Of a stretch of 64,000 nt of DNA, positions 26,281 to 34,864 are shown one piece after another. Made by a program: the position numbers and the translations under genes. The DNA comes from Bdellovibrionales bacterium Ga0074139. GTDB taxonomy: Bacteria; Bdellovibrionota; Bdellovibrionia; Bdellovibrionales; Bdellovibrionaceae. The stretch is taken from contig LNEB01000001.1 in NCBI GenBank assembly GCA_001464795.1, positions 57,924-121,923 of the forward strand. The letters are read 5' to 3'. Positions within the stretch are counted from its first letter, which is position 1; the number at the start of each line of letters is the position of its first letter. Under the pieces are notes generated by a model, which made no database searches, had not been told where the DNA came from, and saw nothing but the letters and a program-made list of their open reading frames with translations.

Positions 26281-29200
26281 ATGAAACTCAATTTGTTCCT
26301 GGCTCTTTCACTCTCTGTTTTCATTGTATCTTGCGAAAAAAATCAAATTCCAGAATCGGGTTTGATTGGCCAAGCCCTTATGGCCGACCGACCTGTGATG
26401 ACCCCCGATCGACAAATTTATTTAATTGAACTCAAGCAGCCAGCCCTTCTTAGCACTTCAATAAAAAACTCAGAGGGCGTGAATCAAATAGACCCTGTTT
26501 TGGCCAGTGAAGTTCAAACAGAACAAAAAAATTTGGAAGAAAAATTGCAGTCTCTGTCAGCAGATATTCAGGTTCTTTATCGTTATAAATATATCATCAA
26601 CGCTGTCACTGTTATTGCGCCAACAAAATTAGAAAAAGAAATTAAATCCCTATCAGCTGTCAGAGCCATTGAGCCACGAAAACCCTTTGCAAAACCAGTG
26701 GTTAAAATGACGGATCTTAAAGTTGTGAATAAGGCCATTGATCTGGCTAAAACTTCCGTGACTCACATCGAGGCAGGCGCTGCTTACGAGCAAGGGATTC
26801 GCGGTCAAAATATTCGCGTGGGCGTTTTAGATACCGGAACTGACTTTACTCACACCATGTTTGGTGGATCAGGCTTAAAAGCAGATTATGAATCCGTCGA
26901 TCCTGACCAACCTTCGCCGTTTTTTCCAAATAAAAAGCTTCCTGCTGGAATTGACTTGGCTGGATCACGTTTCGATTCTTCATCTTTAGATCCTGCGCGT
27001 GTACTTCCCAAGCCAGATGCGAATCCTTTGGATGAGGAAGGTCATGGAACTCACGTTGCTGGAACCATCGCTGGCATTGGCGATGGAGTAAACACCTATG
27101 ATGGAGTGGCACCTGATGCCGAAATTTACACCATCAAAGTTTTCGGTTCTGGATCCACTTCCGATGAAATTGTGATCGCAGGACTCGAGTGGGCTGTGGA
27201 TCCCAATCAAGATGGTAATTTAAATGATCAAATGCATGTGGTGAATCTTTCTTTAGGTGGAGGCAATGGAACTCCTTATGAGCTTTACAACAAAGCGGTC
27301 ACTCAACTTTCTAACTCTGGAACAGTGGTTGTGGCATCAGCTGGAAATTCATCTGATATTTCCTTTATTGTGGGCTCTCCTTCGACTTCTGATGAGGCAC
27401 TCAGTGTCGCAGCCTCCATTGACAGTTCGGAACATAATTGGAGATTTCGCACCATTGGTTTTTATTTGGGTGAGGAAAAGTTAGCCCTCACAGAAGCCAT
27501 TGAAGCTGCCACCTCAAAGCCCATCGTTGAGGCCGGTGATGTTCGAGGCTCTTTGGTTTACATGGGTCTTGCCGCTGTGGATTTTACAGAAGAAGAAAAA
27601 GCAATACTTAAAGGAAATGTAGCCCTGATTGATCGTGGTGCAGTTTCCTTTGATGAAAAAATAGTGCGTGCACAGGCCGCTGGTGCCATCGGTGCCATCA
27701 TTGTGCAAAGTGTGGATGAAGCCCCTTTCACGATGGGAACAGCCACGGCCTTTGAAATTCCAGCCGTAATGATTTCAAAAAGCCTGGGTGGAACACTAAA
27801 AGAAAAATTATTACTTTCACCAGTAGAAGTTCGCTTTCAAAATGCAGAGCTCATTGAAAAACCTGAGCTCATCAATCAAATCACTGACTTTTCTTCACGA
27901 GGTCCAAGATCCGTGGATCTGTTAATTAAGCCCGAGATCACGGGTCCTGGAAGTCAGATTATTTCAGCTAAAATGGGTGGAGGAGCCGAAGGGATTAAAC
28001 TTTCTGGTACGTCCATGTCAGGTCCTCATTTGGCAGGTGTCATGGCATTGATGAAACAAAAACATTCAACTCTAACGAGTCGTGAGTTGAAATCAATACT
28101 CATGTCCACAAGTGTGCCTGTTAAGAATGCTCAAGGTCAGGTGGATTCCGTGGCCAGGCAGGGTGCAGGTCATGTTTACGTCAGCCGAGCTTTGAAAGCA
28201 CAGTTCATGACTTATCCTTCAAGTCTATCACTGGGTTTACAGGCCATTGATAACCAAAAACGAGTCGTTAGATCTTTAAAATTAAAATCATTATTTGATG
28301 ACTCATTGAAAATTCAAGTGAGTTTGGAAAGCTCTTCTGCGGCCGTAACTTTGGAAAGTTCCACAGTTCAGCTCGGATCAAAAGGACAAACAGATCTTAA
28401 ACTTAATTTTGTTCTTCATGCTGACAGGGTGGCAGGCCTAGAGGATGAAGTTACAGGTTGGGTAGTTTTAAAAACCAGTGAGACTCAATCTCAAAGAGTG
28501 CCGTTTTTGGTCAGATTACAAAAGGTCAGTGCTGTAAAACTATCGAAGGTGGATTGGGGAGCGACTAGTCAACTTGAGCTTGAAGGTAGCACATCCACAT
28601 TTGAATTTAAAAACTCATCTCGCCATGCTGGTGAAGTGTGGATGTTTAATTTGATCGCTCAAGACGGAAGAAAGCCTGCGGGTGGAAACTCAATTGTCAG
28701 CCGTGAATGTGACTTGCAAGTGGCAGGCTACAGATTAAACGGTAGTAAACTTGAAATTGCAGTCAAACTTTACTCCAGGATCAGTGCGTGGAGTCTTTGT
28801 GAGATCAGTGTATTATTTGACCAAAACAAAGATCAAAAACCAGAAGCAGAACTGGCTTTGACTCTTCAAGAGCGTATCCCAGGACTTTCAGGAATAAATA
28901 TTGTTTCCACATTGCTGGATTTTCCGAAGGCTCGGGCCCTTCGTGAAGAAGCAGAGAAAAAATCTCTTGTAACGGAAGAGCGTGTAGTTCTTGATCTCAA
29001 GGATGCCATACTTTCACTTGAGGAGGGCCGTGCTGATGCCATGAAAAGTGCTGTGATCATGCAAGTGGATGTTTCAACCTTGATCAAGCGGGTGGGACTC
29101 GAGCCTCAGATTCAAGTTGTTACAAGTTCACAAGAGTATTTGAATTCTGAAAGTGATGATTTCCTTGGCCAAGAAGATTCGTGGCATTTGTTTTCTCTCG

Positions 29201-29388
29201 ACTCTCAATCACAGTCTTGGACGGGCTTAAAGAACCTCACACTTCAAGCCAATGAATCAAAATCAGTGGAACTCGAGAAAGCGGCGTCACCGAAGCCTCT
29301 CTTGTTCCTGTATCCTAGCAATCAATTGGATTCACGCGGGCTTAACGATCAGCAGTACTCAACTTTAAGTCCGCAATTGATGCCTTAA
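26281..29388 (+). CDS. S8 serine peptidase lipoprotein with I9-like propeptide, PA-domain insertion and C-terminal beta-rich domains
   Basis: Lipobox LSVFIVSC. Catalytic motifs VGVLDTGTD (Asp184), EGHGTHVAGT (His255) and SGTSMSGPH (Ser578). A PA-like insert (GNVALIDRGAVSFDEKIVRAQAAGAIGAIIV) sits between His and Ser. Confidence 0.9.
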   Translation: MKLNLFLALSLSVFIVSCEKNQIPESGLIGQALMADRPVMTPDRQIYLIELKQPALLSTSIKNSEGVNQIDPVLASEVQTEQKNLEEKLQSLSADIQVLYRYKYIINAVTVIAPTKLEKEIKSLSAVRAIEPRKPFAKPVVKMTDLKVVNKAIDLAKTSVTHIEAGAAYEQGIRGQNIRVGVLDTGTDFTHTMFGGSGLKADYESVDPDQPSPFFPNKKLPAGIDLAGSRFDSSSLDPARVLPKPDANPLDEEGHGTHVAGTIAGIGDGVNTYDGVAPDAEIYTIKVFGSGSTSDEIVIAGLEWAVDPNQDGNLNDQMHVVNLSLGGGNGTPYELYNKAVTQLSNSGTVVVASAGNSSDISFIVGSPSTSDEALSVAASIDSSEHNWRFRTIGFYLGEEKLALTEAIEAATSKPIVEAGDVRGSLVYMGLAAVDFTEEEKAILKGNVALIDRGAVSFDEKIVRAQAAGAIGAIIVQSVDEAPFTMGTATAFEIPAVMISKSLGGTLKEKLLLSPVEVRFQNAELIEKPELINQITDFSSRGPRSVDLLIKPEITGPGSQIISAKMGGGAEGIKLSGTSMSGPHLAGVMALMKQKHSTLTSRELKSILMSTSVPVKNAQGQVDSVARQGAGHVYVSRALKAQFMTYPSSLSLGLQAIDNQKRVVRSLKLKSLFDDSLKIQVSLESSSAAVTLESSTVQLGSKGQTDLKLNFVLHADRVAGLEDEVTGWVVLKTSETQSQRVPFLVRLQKVSAVKLSKVDWGATSQLELEGSTSTFEFKNSSRHAGEVWMFNLIAQDGRKPAGGNSIVSRECDLQVAGYRLNGSKLEIAVKLYSRISAWSLCEISVLFDQNKDQKPEAELALTLQERIPGLSGINIVSTLLDFPKARALREEAEKKSLVTEERVVLDLKDAILSLEEGRADAMKSAVIMQVDVSTLIKRVGLEPQIQVVTSSQEYLNSESDDFLGQEDSWHLFSLDSQSQSWTGLKNLTLQANESKSVELEKAASPKPLLFLYPSNQLDSRGLNDQQYSTLSPQLMP

Positions 29389-29404
29389 ATGGTCCTAAAA
29401 TAGA

Positions 29405-29440
29405 GCTCACCCTATAATTCTTATAGGTCCTAGGGTGAGC
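29405..29440 (+). terminator. stem-loop after the S8 gene (10-bp perfect stem, no U-tract)
   Basis: GCTCACCCTA, 16 nt, then TAGGGTGAGC. It starts 17 nt after the stop codon. AAATCTC follows, so this is not a canonical intrinsic terminator. Confidence 0.35.
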
Positions 29441-29544
29441 AAATCTCATAACCAATTAATATTTCACCCCAAAGTTCATTTTTAGGGTAGGATGCTCGCC
29501 AAGCCGAGTCATTTACGATTCGCTTATCTAGAGGATACATCATT

Positions 29545-31251
29545 ATGGAAATTACAGATTTTGAGGGTTTTGGTCTTAAGCCACGATTACTCGCGGCGAT
29601 TACAAAAATTGGTTATACAAAACCCACTATTATTCAACAGGAAGTGATTCCTTATCTCTTAAGTGAAGAGAAAAAAGATCTCGTGGCTTTGGCGCAAACT
29701 GGTTCTGGTAAAACAGCAGCTTTCGGAGTTCCACTCGCACAAAAATTAGATCCCGCCAACGATCAAGTTCAAGCTTTGATCCTTTCACCCACTCGTGAAT
29801 TGGCTGCACAAATTCAAGAAACATTAAATCCATTGATCGAATCAGTGGGTTTACGTTCAATGACCGTTTACGGTGGAACAAGCTACAACGATCAGCGTGC
29901 AAAAATCAGATATAAACCACAGGTGATCATAGCCACTCCTGGAAGACTTGTGGATTTACTCAACCAAAAAGCGTTTAGTTTATCTAATTTGCGCGTTCTT
30001 GTTTTGGACGAAGCGGACAGAATGTTATCCATGGGATTTGAAGAAGATCTTCAATACATTTTAGATTGTACTCATGCTAAAAACGAAGACCCAAAAGGGG
30101 GCCGTGCCGCCTGCCAAACGTGGTTGTTCTCTGCAACCATGGGCCCTGGAATTAAACGAATTTTGAATCGTTATTTAACAAGTCCAAAAATTATCGAGCA
30201 AGTGACGGGTCACTCGGGTGCTTCTTCAACTTTGGAACATCAATACTTAGCTGTGAAGTCGGGTTTCCGTCCTCAAGCTTTGATGCAAATTTTAAAAACT
30301 TTAGAAGATTTTTACGGAATCATTTTTTGCCAAACGAAAAAAGATGTCAGTGACGTAGAAGCCATGCTTTTACAGAACAAAATTTCTTGTATGAGTTTGC
30401 ATGGTGATAAAGTACAAAAAGACCGTGAAAGAGTATTAAAACTTTTAAAAGAAGAAAAATTCTCTGTGTTGATTGCAACTGATGTTGCGGCTCGTGGTTT
30501 AGATGTGAAAAGTTTAAAGCATGTGGTGCATTACTCAATTCCAATGGAAACAGATTCTTATATTCACAGATCGGGTCGTACTGGCCGAAACGGTGAAGAA
30601 GGTCTTGTGATTTCCATTGTTGAACCTCGTGATTTTTCAAAAATGAACAGACTGACTCGATCAGCAGGCATTAAGATGAAGCCGTTTGAGCTTGTGAACC
30701 CTGAAGCATGGTTAGAAAAACAAGTGACTTTTGAATTATCAAAAATGTCTAAGTTTTCCACTGACAATGAGACTTTCCAAAACGTTAAAAAAGTTTGTGA
30801 AGAGTCACTCCTTACAATGGACACAAAATTATTCACAACTTCAGATTGGATGGCAGCCTTCTTAATGGCGAAGCTTTCCATTAAGTCTTCAGAAGCCTCT
30901 CAAGCTTTTGTTATTAAAGATATCCGTGCATCGCAAACCGGTGGTGGAGCTCGTTCAAGCGAGGGCGGCCGTGGCGGAAGATCGTCTTTTGCTCGTGACC
31001 GACGTGAGCGTGATTACTCTCCTGCAGGACGTCGTGGGGGATCAAGTTCAGGTGCAAGCAGTCGCTTTGGGGATAGAAAACGTGATGATGATCGCCGTGG
31101 GGGTGATGATCAACCAAGACGTGAAGAAAGTGGTGGAGTTCGCAGAGGCGGACCATCAGCGGCTTCTCGTGCATTCACTGGCGGGGCGGCAAGACGTCCT
31201 TCGGCGGGTAGCAGCGATAGAAGTGCTCGCTTTCAGTCAAGAGATCGATAA
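29545..31251 (+). CDS. DEAD-box ATP-dependent RNA helicase with Arg/Gly/Ser-rich C-terminal tail
   Basis: Q-motif, AQTGSGKTAAF, PTRELA, VLDEADRML, SAT and HRSGRTGR motifs. The last ~110 aa are RGG/RS-rich low complexity. Confidence 0.9.
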   Translation: MEITDFEGFGLKPRLLAAITKIGYTKPTIIQQEVIPYLLSEEKKDLVALAQTGSGKTAAFGVPLAQKLDPANDQVQALILSPTRELAAQIQETLNPLIESVGLRSMTVYGGTSYNDQRAKIRYKPQVIIATPGRLVDLLNQKAFSLSNLRVLVLDEADRMLSMGFEEDLQYILDCTHAKNEDPKGGRAACQTWLFSATMGPGIKRILNRYLTSPKIIEQVTGHSGASSTLEHQYLAVKSGFRPQALMQILKTLEDFYGIIFCQTKKDVSDVEAMLLQNKISCMSLHGDKVQKDRERVLKLLKEEKFSVLIATDVAARGLDVKSLKHVVHYSIPMETDSYIHRSGRTGRNGEEGLVISIVEPRDFSKMNRLTRSAGIKMKPFELVNPEAWLEKQVTFELSKMSKFSTDNETFQNVKKVCEESLLTMDTKLFTTSDWMAAFLMAKLSIKSSEASQAFVIKDIRASQTGGGARSSEGGRGGRSSFARDRRERDYSPAGRRGGSSSGASSRFGDRKRDDDRRGGDDQPRREESGGVRRGGPSAASRAFTGGAARRPSAGSSDRSARFQSRDR

Positions 31252-31261
31252 AGATACATAA

Positions 31262-33124
31262 ATGTCATCGAATATCTTAAGCGTTCATAAAGCGCAAAAG
31301 AGTATAGGCTCTCGAACACTGTTTGAGGGCCTTTCTTTTGGGCTCTCATCTGGAGTAAAAACAGGTCTTGTTGGCCCGAATGGTGCTGGTAAGTCCACAT
31401 TGATGCGTTGCTTGGCCAGTCTTGATACGCTGGATTCAGGCAGCATTGTTTGGTCGCAAAACACAAGACTGCAATACGTTTCGCAAAGTCCACAATTTAA
31501 GCCGGGTGAAACCCTAGGTGATTTTTTATTTAAAAACCAAGGTTTGGATGCCGAAGATCCAGAGTTATCAGCCAAAATGTGGGAGTTTTTTTCCAGACTT
31601 AATCTTGATGAGTATGATTTAGAAAAAAAGATGACTGCCTTATCAGGCGGTGGGCAAAAGAAAGTTCAAATCATCAGATCTTTTTTAACAGATCCTCAGG
31701 TTTTATTAATGGATGAGCCCACCAATCACTTGGATGTGGAAAGTATTATGTGGCTTGAGGATTTTTTAAAATCCCGCCCTTCAATGACTTATATTTTAAT
31801 TTCCCATGACCGTTTGTTTTTACAAAATGTTGTGAACGAAATGATTGAGCTAAACCCCAAGTACCGAGATGGATTTATTCGTACTCAAGGTGGTTACGCT
31901 GAATATAAAGAATTAAAGATAGAAACCGAGCGAGCTCAAAACGTTCAACAGCAGCGTATGCAAAACGATGTGCAACGTGAAACCGCTTGGCTCAGACGGG
32001 GCGCGAAAGCCAGGCAAACAAAACAAACGGCTAGAATTAATAGTGCTGAACAATTGCAGCAGGATTTAGAAATTTTAAAATCATTGAATCGATCTCGCGC
32101 GGTCGCCATCGAAATGTCGACCACCACAAGAAGTCCTAAAAAATTAATTGAAGTGCAAAATTTAAGTTTAGCAAGACCGCAAATCGACCGTGTGTTTTTT
32201 GAAAAACTCGATTTACTAATTCACCGACATACTCGGCTTGGCCTGATTGGAAAAAATGGCTCTGGAAAATCCAGCTTAATTCAGTCATTGGTGGGAGATG
32301 CGCCTTATCCAGGCGGACTGACCTTAGTGTCAGGAAGTGTAAAAAAATACGAAGACTTGCAAATCAATCAATTCGAACAAAACAGATCCAGCCTTTTATT
32401 AGAAAAAACTTTATTACAAAATATTTGTCCTGAAGGCGATTATGTTTTTGTAAAGGGTCAGCCTATTTTTGGAAAAAGCTATTTGGATAAATTTCGATTC
32501 CAAAGAAATCAGCATGATCTTAAAGTAAAAGAACTTTCCGGCGGTGAACAAAATCGATTGTTGATTGCTCAAATGATGACAAAAAACTGTCAGCTGATGA
32601 TCCTCGATGAGCCCACCAACGATTTGGATTTTGAAACTCTCGATTCATTAAAGACAGCTTTAGATGAGTTCGAAGGGGCTATTATTTTAGTTTCTCATGA
32701 CCGAGCTTTTTTAGATGAAGTTTGCACCGAAATTCTTTATTTCCCAACTCCCGAAGAGGGCACTGAGCTTGTCAGATTCTCTAGCTTTTTACAGTGGCAA
32801 GACTGGCGGACTGAAAGTGCAGCGCAATTAAAGAAGAAAAGTAAAGAAGCCGCGCAGTCCGTATCTGCTCAAGTTGGTTCAAGCAGTGGATCAAAAAAAA
32901 ATAAAATGAGCTTTAATGAGCAGCGAGAGCTAGAGCAAATGGAAGAAATCGTTTTGAGTAAAGAGTCTGAGTTAATAGTGCTAAGAGAGCAACTTGAAAG
33001 CCCAGAGGTTGTTTCCAACTCAAAAAAGTTAATGGAAGTTTCAAAGCAAATCTCAGTGCTTGAAACGGATGTAGAAAAACTTTATGCCCGCTGGCAATAT
33101 TTAGAAAGTTTGCGATCGCAATAA
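31262..33124 (+). CDS. ABC-F family ATPase (Uup-like)
   Basis: Two ABC cassettes (GPNGAGKST / LSGGGQKK / LLMDEPTNHLD, and GKNGSGKSS / LSGGEQNR / LILDEPTNDLD). No TM domain. C-terminal coiled coil. Confidence 0.85.
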   Translation: MSSNILSVHKAQKSIGSRTLFEGLSFGLSSGVKTGLVGPNGAGKSTLMRCLASLDTLDSGSIVWSQNTRLQYVSQSPQFKPGETLGDFLFKNQGLDAEDPELSAKMWEFFSRLNLDEYDLEKKMTALSGGGQKKVQIIRSFLTDPQVLLMDEPTNHLDVESIMWLEDFLKSRPSMTYILISHDRLFLQNVVNEMIELNPKYRDGFIRTQGGYAEYKELKIETERAQNVQQQRMQNDVQRETAWLRRGAKARQTKQTARINSAEQLQQDLEILKSLNRSRAVAIEMSTTTRSPKKLIEVQNLSLARPQIDRVFFEKLDLLIHRHTRLGLIGKNGSGKSSLIQSLVGDAPYPGGLTLVSGSVKKYEDLQINQFEQNRSSLLLEKTLLQNICPEGDYVFVKGQPIFGKSYLDKFRFQRNQHDLKVKELSGGEQNRLLIAQMMTKNCQLMILDEPTNDLDFETLDSLKTALDEFEGAIILVSHDRAFLDEVCTEILYFPTPEEGTELVRFSSFLQWQDWRTESAAQLKKKSKEAAQSVSAQVGSSSGSKKNKMSFNEQRELEQMEEIVLSKESELIVLREQLESPEVVSNSKKLMEVSKQISVLETDVEKLYARWQYLESLRSQ

Positions 33125-33507
33125 AGTACGACGACTGAAATAATAGAGCACAGAACACCACCCCAGGCCATGTCGACAAAGCTCATAAGAAGCGGCCAGT
33201 TATTTAATAATGACAGATTCGTTGCATCATAAACCGTATAAACAAAGAGACCCATGAAAAAGCCCTTTATAGCCGCCTGCTTTAAACTATTTTGTGATAA
33301 CGGAAGCACGAAAAAAACGATCAATCCCGCCAAAGCCACATAAACAAGAGCTGCCGCCCAGATGATAGGATCAAAGGCCCCATCTTTCATTCGTACTAAG
33401 TTTCCAAGTTCACTCAAATAGAAACTTTGAGCAATATTTCCGAGCCAAATGTAGTCAATTAAAGGCACTAAAATCCAAGCGATCAAAAATAGAATTAATT
33501 TTTTCAT
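33082..33507 (-). CDS. small membrane protein, DUF2177-like
   Basis: The ORF extends to 33543, but the ATG at 33507 has an AGAGGA RBS and gives MKKLILFLIAWILVPLIDYIWLG. 4 TM segments. The family call is from memory. Confidence 0.5.
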   Translation of the reverse strand: MKKLILFLIAWILVPLIDYIWLGNIAQSFYLSELGNLVRMKDGAFDPIIWAAALVYVALAGLIVFFVLPLSQNSLKQAAIKGFFMGLFVYTVYDATNLSLLNNWPLLMSFVDMAWGGVLCSIISVVVLYCDRKLSKYCQRA

Positions 33508-33561
33508 TGAGTCACATCCTCTTTTGAATATGATTATTAACAAAGAATTGAGGTTGTGAGT

Positions 33562-34845
33562 ATGTCTATTTTAAAAGTTATGTTTTTGAGTGTTTTTCTG
33601 TGCACTTTTGCACAGGCTGAAAATTTGTATTTAATCGTTTACAAAGAACAAAACTTAAAAAAGCTACAATCCTTAAAAGGAAAAAATCTGAATCAGTATT
33701 TAAGAAATCAAACGCGAGTCAACGAAAGACAGCTTTTTTCAAATTCTCGAGCACAAATATCAGACAAGAAATCTCTTTGGATATTAAATGCGACCCTGAT
33801 TCGCGCATCTTCTAGCCAAGCTCAAACTTTTTACCAGTTTTCAAATGTGGCAGGGATTTTACCGATGGGTAAAACAATTAGGCTTTCCGTTGGAAATTTT
33901 GAACCACTGGCAAAAGATAATTCACTTTACACTTATGGCTTAGTCAAAATTGGTCTTCCACAACTTCGCACCCAATACGTTGGGCTTGAGGGACGGGGAG
34001 TTCGAGTGGGAGTGATCGATACAGGCATTTTATTAAGACATCCTGATTTTGAAAACCGGATTATCAAATTTCGTGATTTTGTTAATTCCAGGCCGCTCGC
34101 CTATGATGATCATGGTCACGGCACTCATGTGGCTGGCACTGTAGCAGGTTCAAATAAATCAGGTCGCTGGATCGGTGTGGCTCCAGGTGCAGAACTGATA
34201 ATTGCTAAAAGTTTTAATTCACGAGGCAACACGGTGGATGCTGATTTGCTTTTGTCACTCCAGTGGATGGCAGATCCTGATAACAATCCTGAAACTGACG
34301 ATGGAGCTCACATTGTTAATAACTCTTGGAACACAGAAGAGCCCACCCTTAAGCGTGATCCAGCTTTAGATCCTTTTTGTGCCATAATCCCTCGCTTGAA
34401 AGCATTAAATGTGCTTCCTGTGTTTGCAGCTGGAAACGATGGGCCCAGAGAAAACACTCTAACTCCTCCGGCTGCTTGTCCTGATTCTTTGTCTGTGGGT
34501 GCGACCGATCAAGACGATAGAATTGCTGATTTTTCCTCTCGTGGACCTGTGAAGTGGGTCAACCAGATGGTCAATAAACCTGATTTGTCTGCTCCTGGTA
34601 AGGGAGTCAATTCGGCTGATTTAGGATCTCAGTACAGAACTCGCTCTGGAACTTCAATGGCATCGCCCCATGTGGCGGGTGCACTGGCGATCTTTAAGCA
34701 ACTCAGGCCTGATTTAAATGCGTCTCAGCTGGAAAGTTTAATTAAACTCTCTGTTCAGGATCTTGGACCGACAGGTTTCGATTATCAATATGGATTTGGG
34801 AGGCTCGATTTAATGAAAGGAATCCAATTTCTTGAACAGCAGTAG
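33562..34845 (+). CDS. secreted S8 (subtilisin-family) serine peptidase
   Basis: The ORF starts at GTG 33556, but the ATG at 33562 is better spaced from the GAGG RBS. Signal peptide MSILKVMFLSVFLCTFAQA, an I9-like propeptide, and the VGVIDTG, HGHGTHVAGT, NNSW and SGTSMASPHVAG motifs. Confidence 0.9.
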   Translation: MSILKVMFLSVFLCTFAQAENLYLIVYKEQNLKKLQSLKGKNLNQYLRNQTRVNERQLFSNSRAQISDKKSLWILNATLIRASSSQAQTFYQFSNVAGILPMGKTIRLSVGNFEPLAKDNSLYTYGLVKIGLPQLRTQYVGLEGRGVRVGVIDTGILLRHPDFENRIIKFRDFVNSRPLAYDDHGHGTHVAGTVAGSNKSGRWIGVAPGAELIIAKSFNSRGNTVDADLLLSLQWMADPDNNPETDDGAHIVNNSWNTEEPTLKRDPALDPFCAIIPRLKALNVLPVFAAGNDGPRENTLTPPAACPDSLSVGATDQDDRIADFSSRGPVKWVNQMVNKPDLSAPGKGVNSADLGSQYRTRSGTSMASPHVAGALAIFKQLRPDLNASQLESLIKLSVQDLGPTGFDYQYGFGRLDLMKGIQFLEQQ

Positions 34846-34864
34846 TAACTTCAATCAAGCCGCA

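Noticed and set aside
30908-31261. Long ORFs in alternative frames over the helicase tail: 30908-31261 on + (117 aa) and 30914-31174 on - (86 aa).
   Set aside because: They are artefacts of the GC-rich, repetitive RGG-coding sequence. Both lie entirely inside a well-supported DEAD-box CDS, and their translations are low-complexity.
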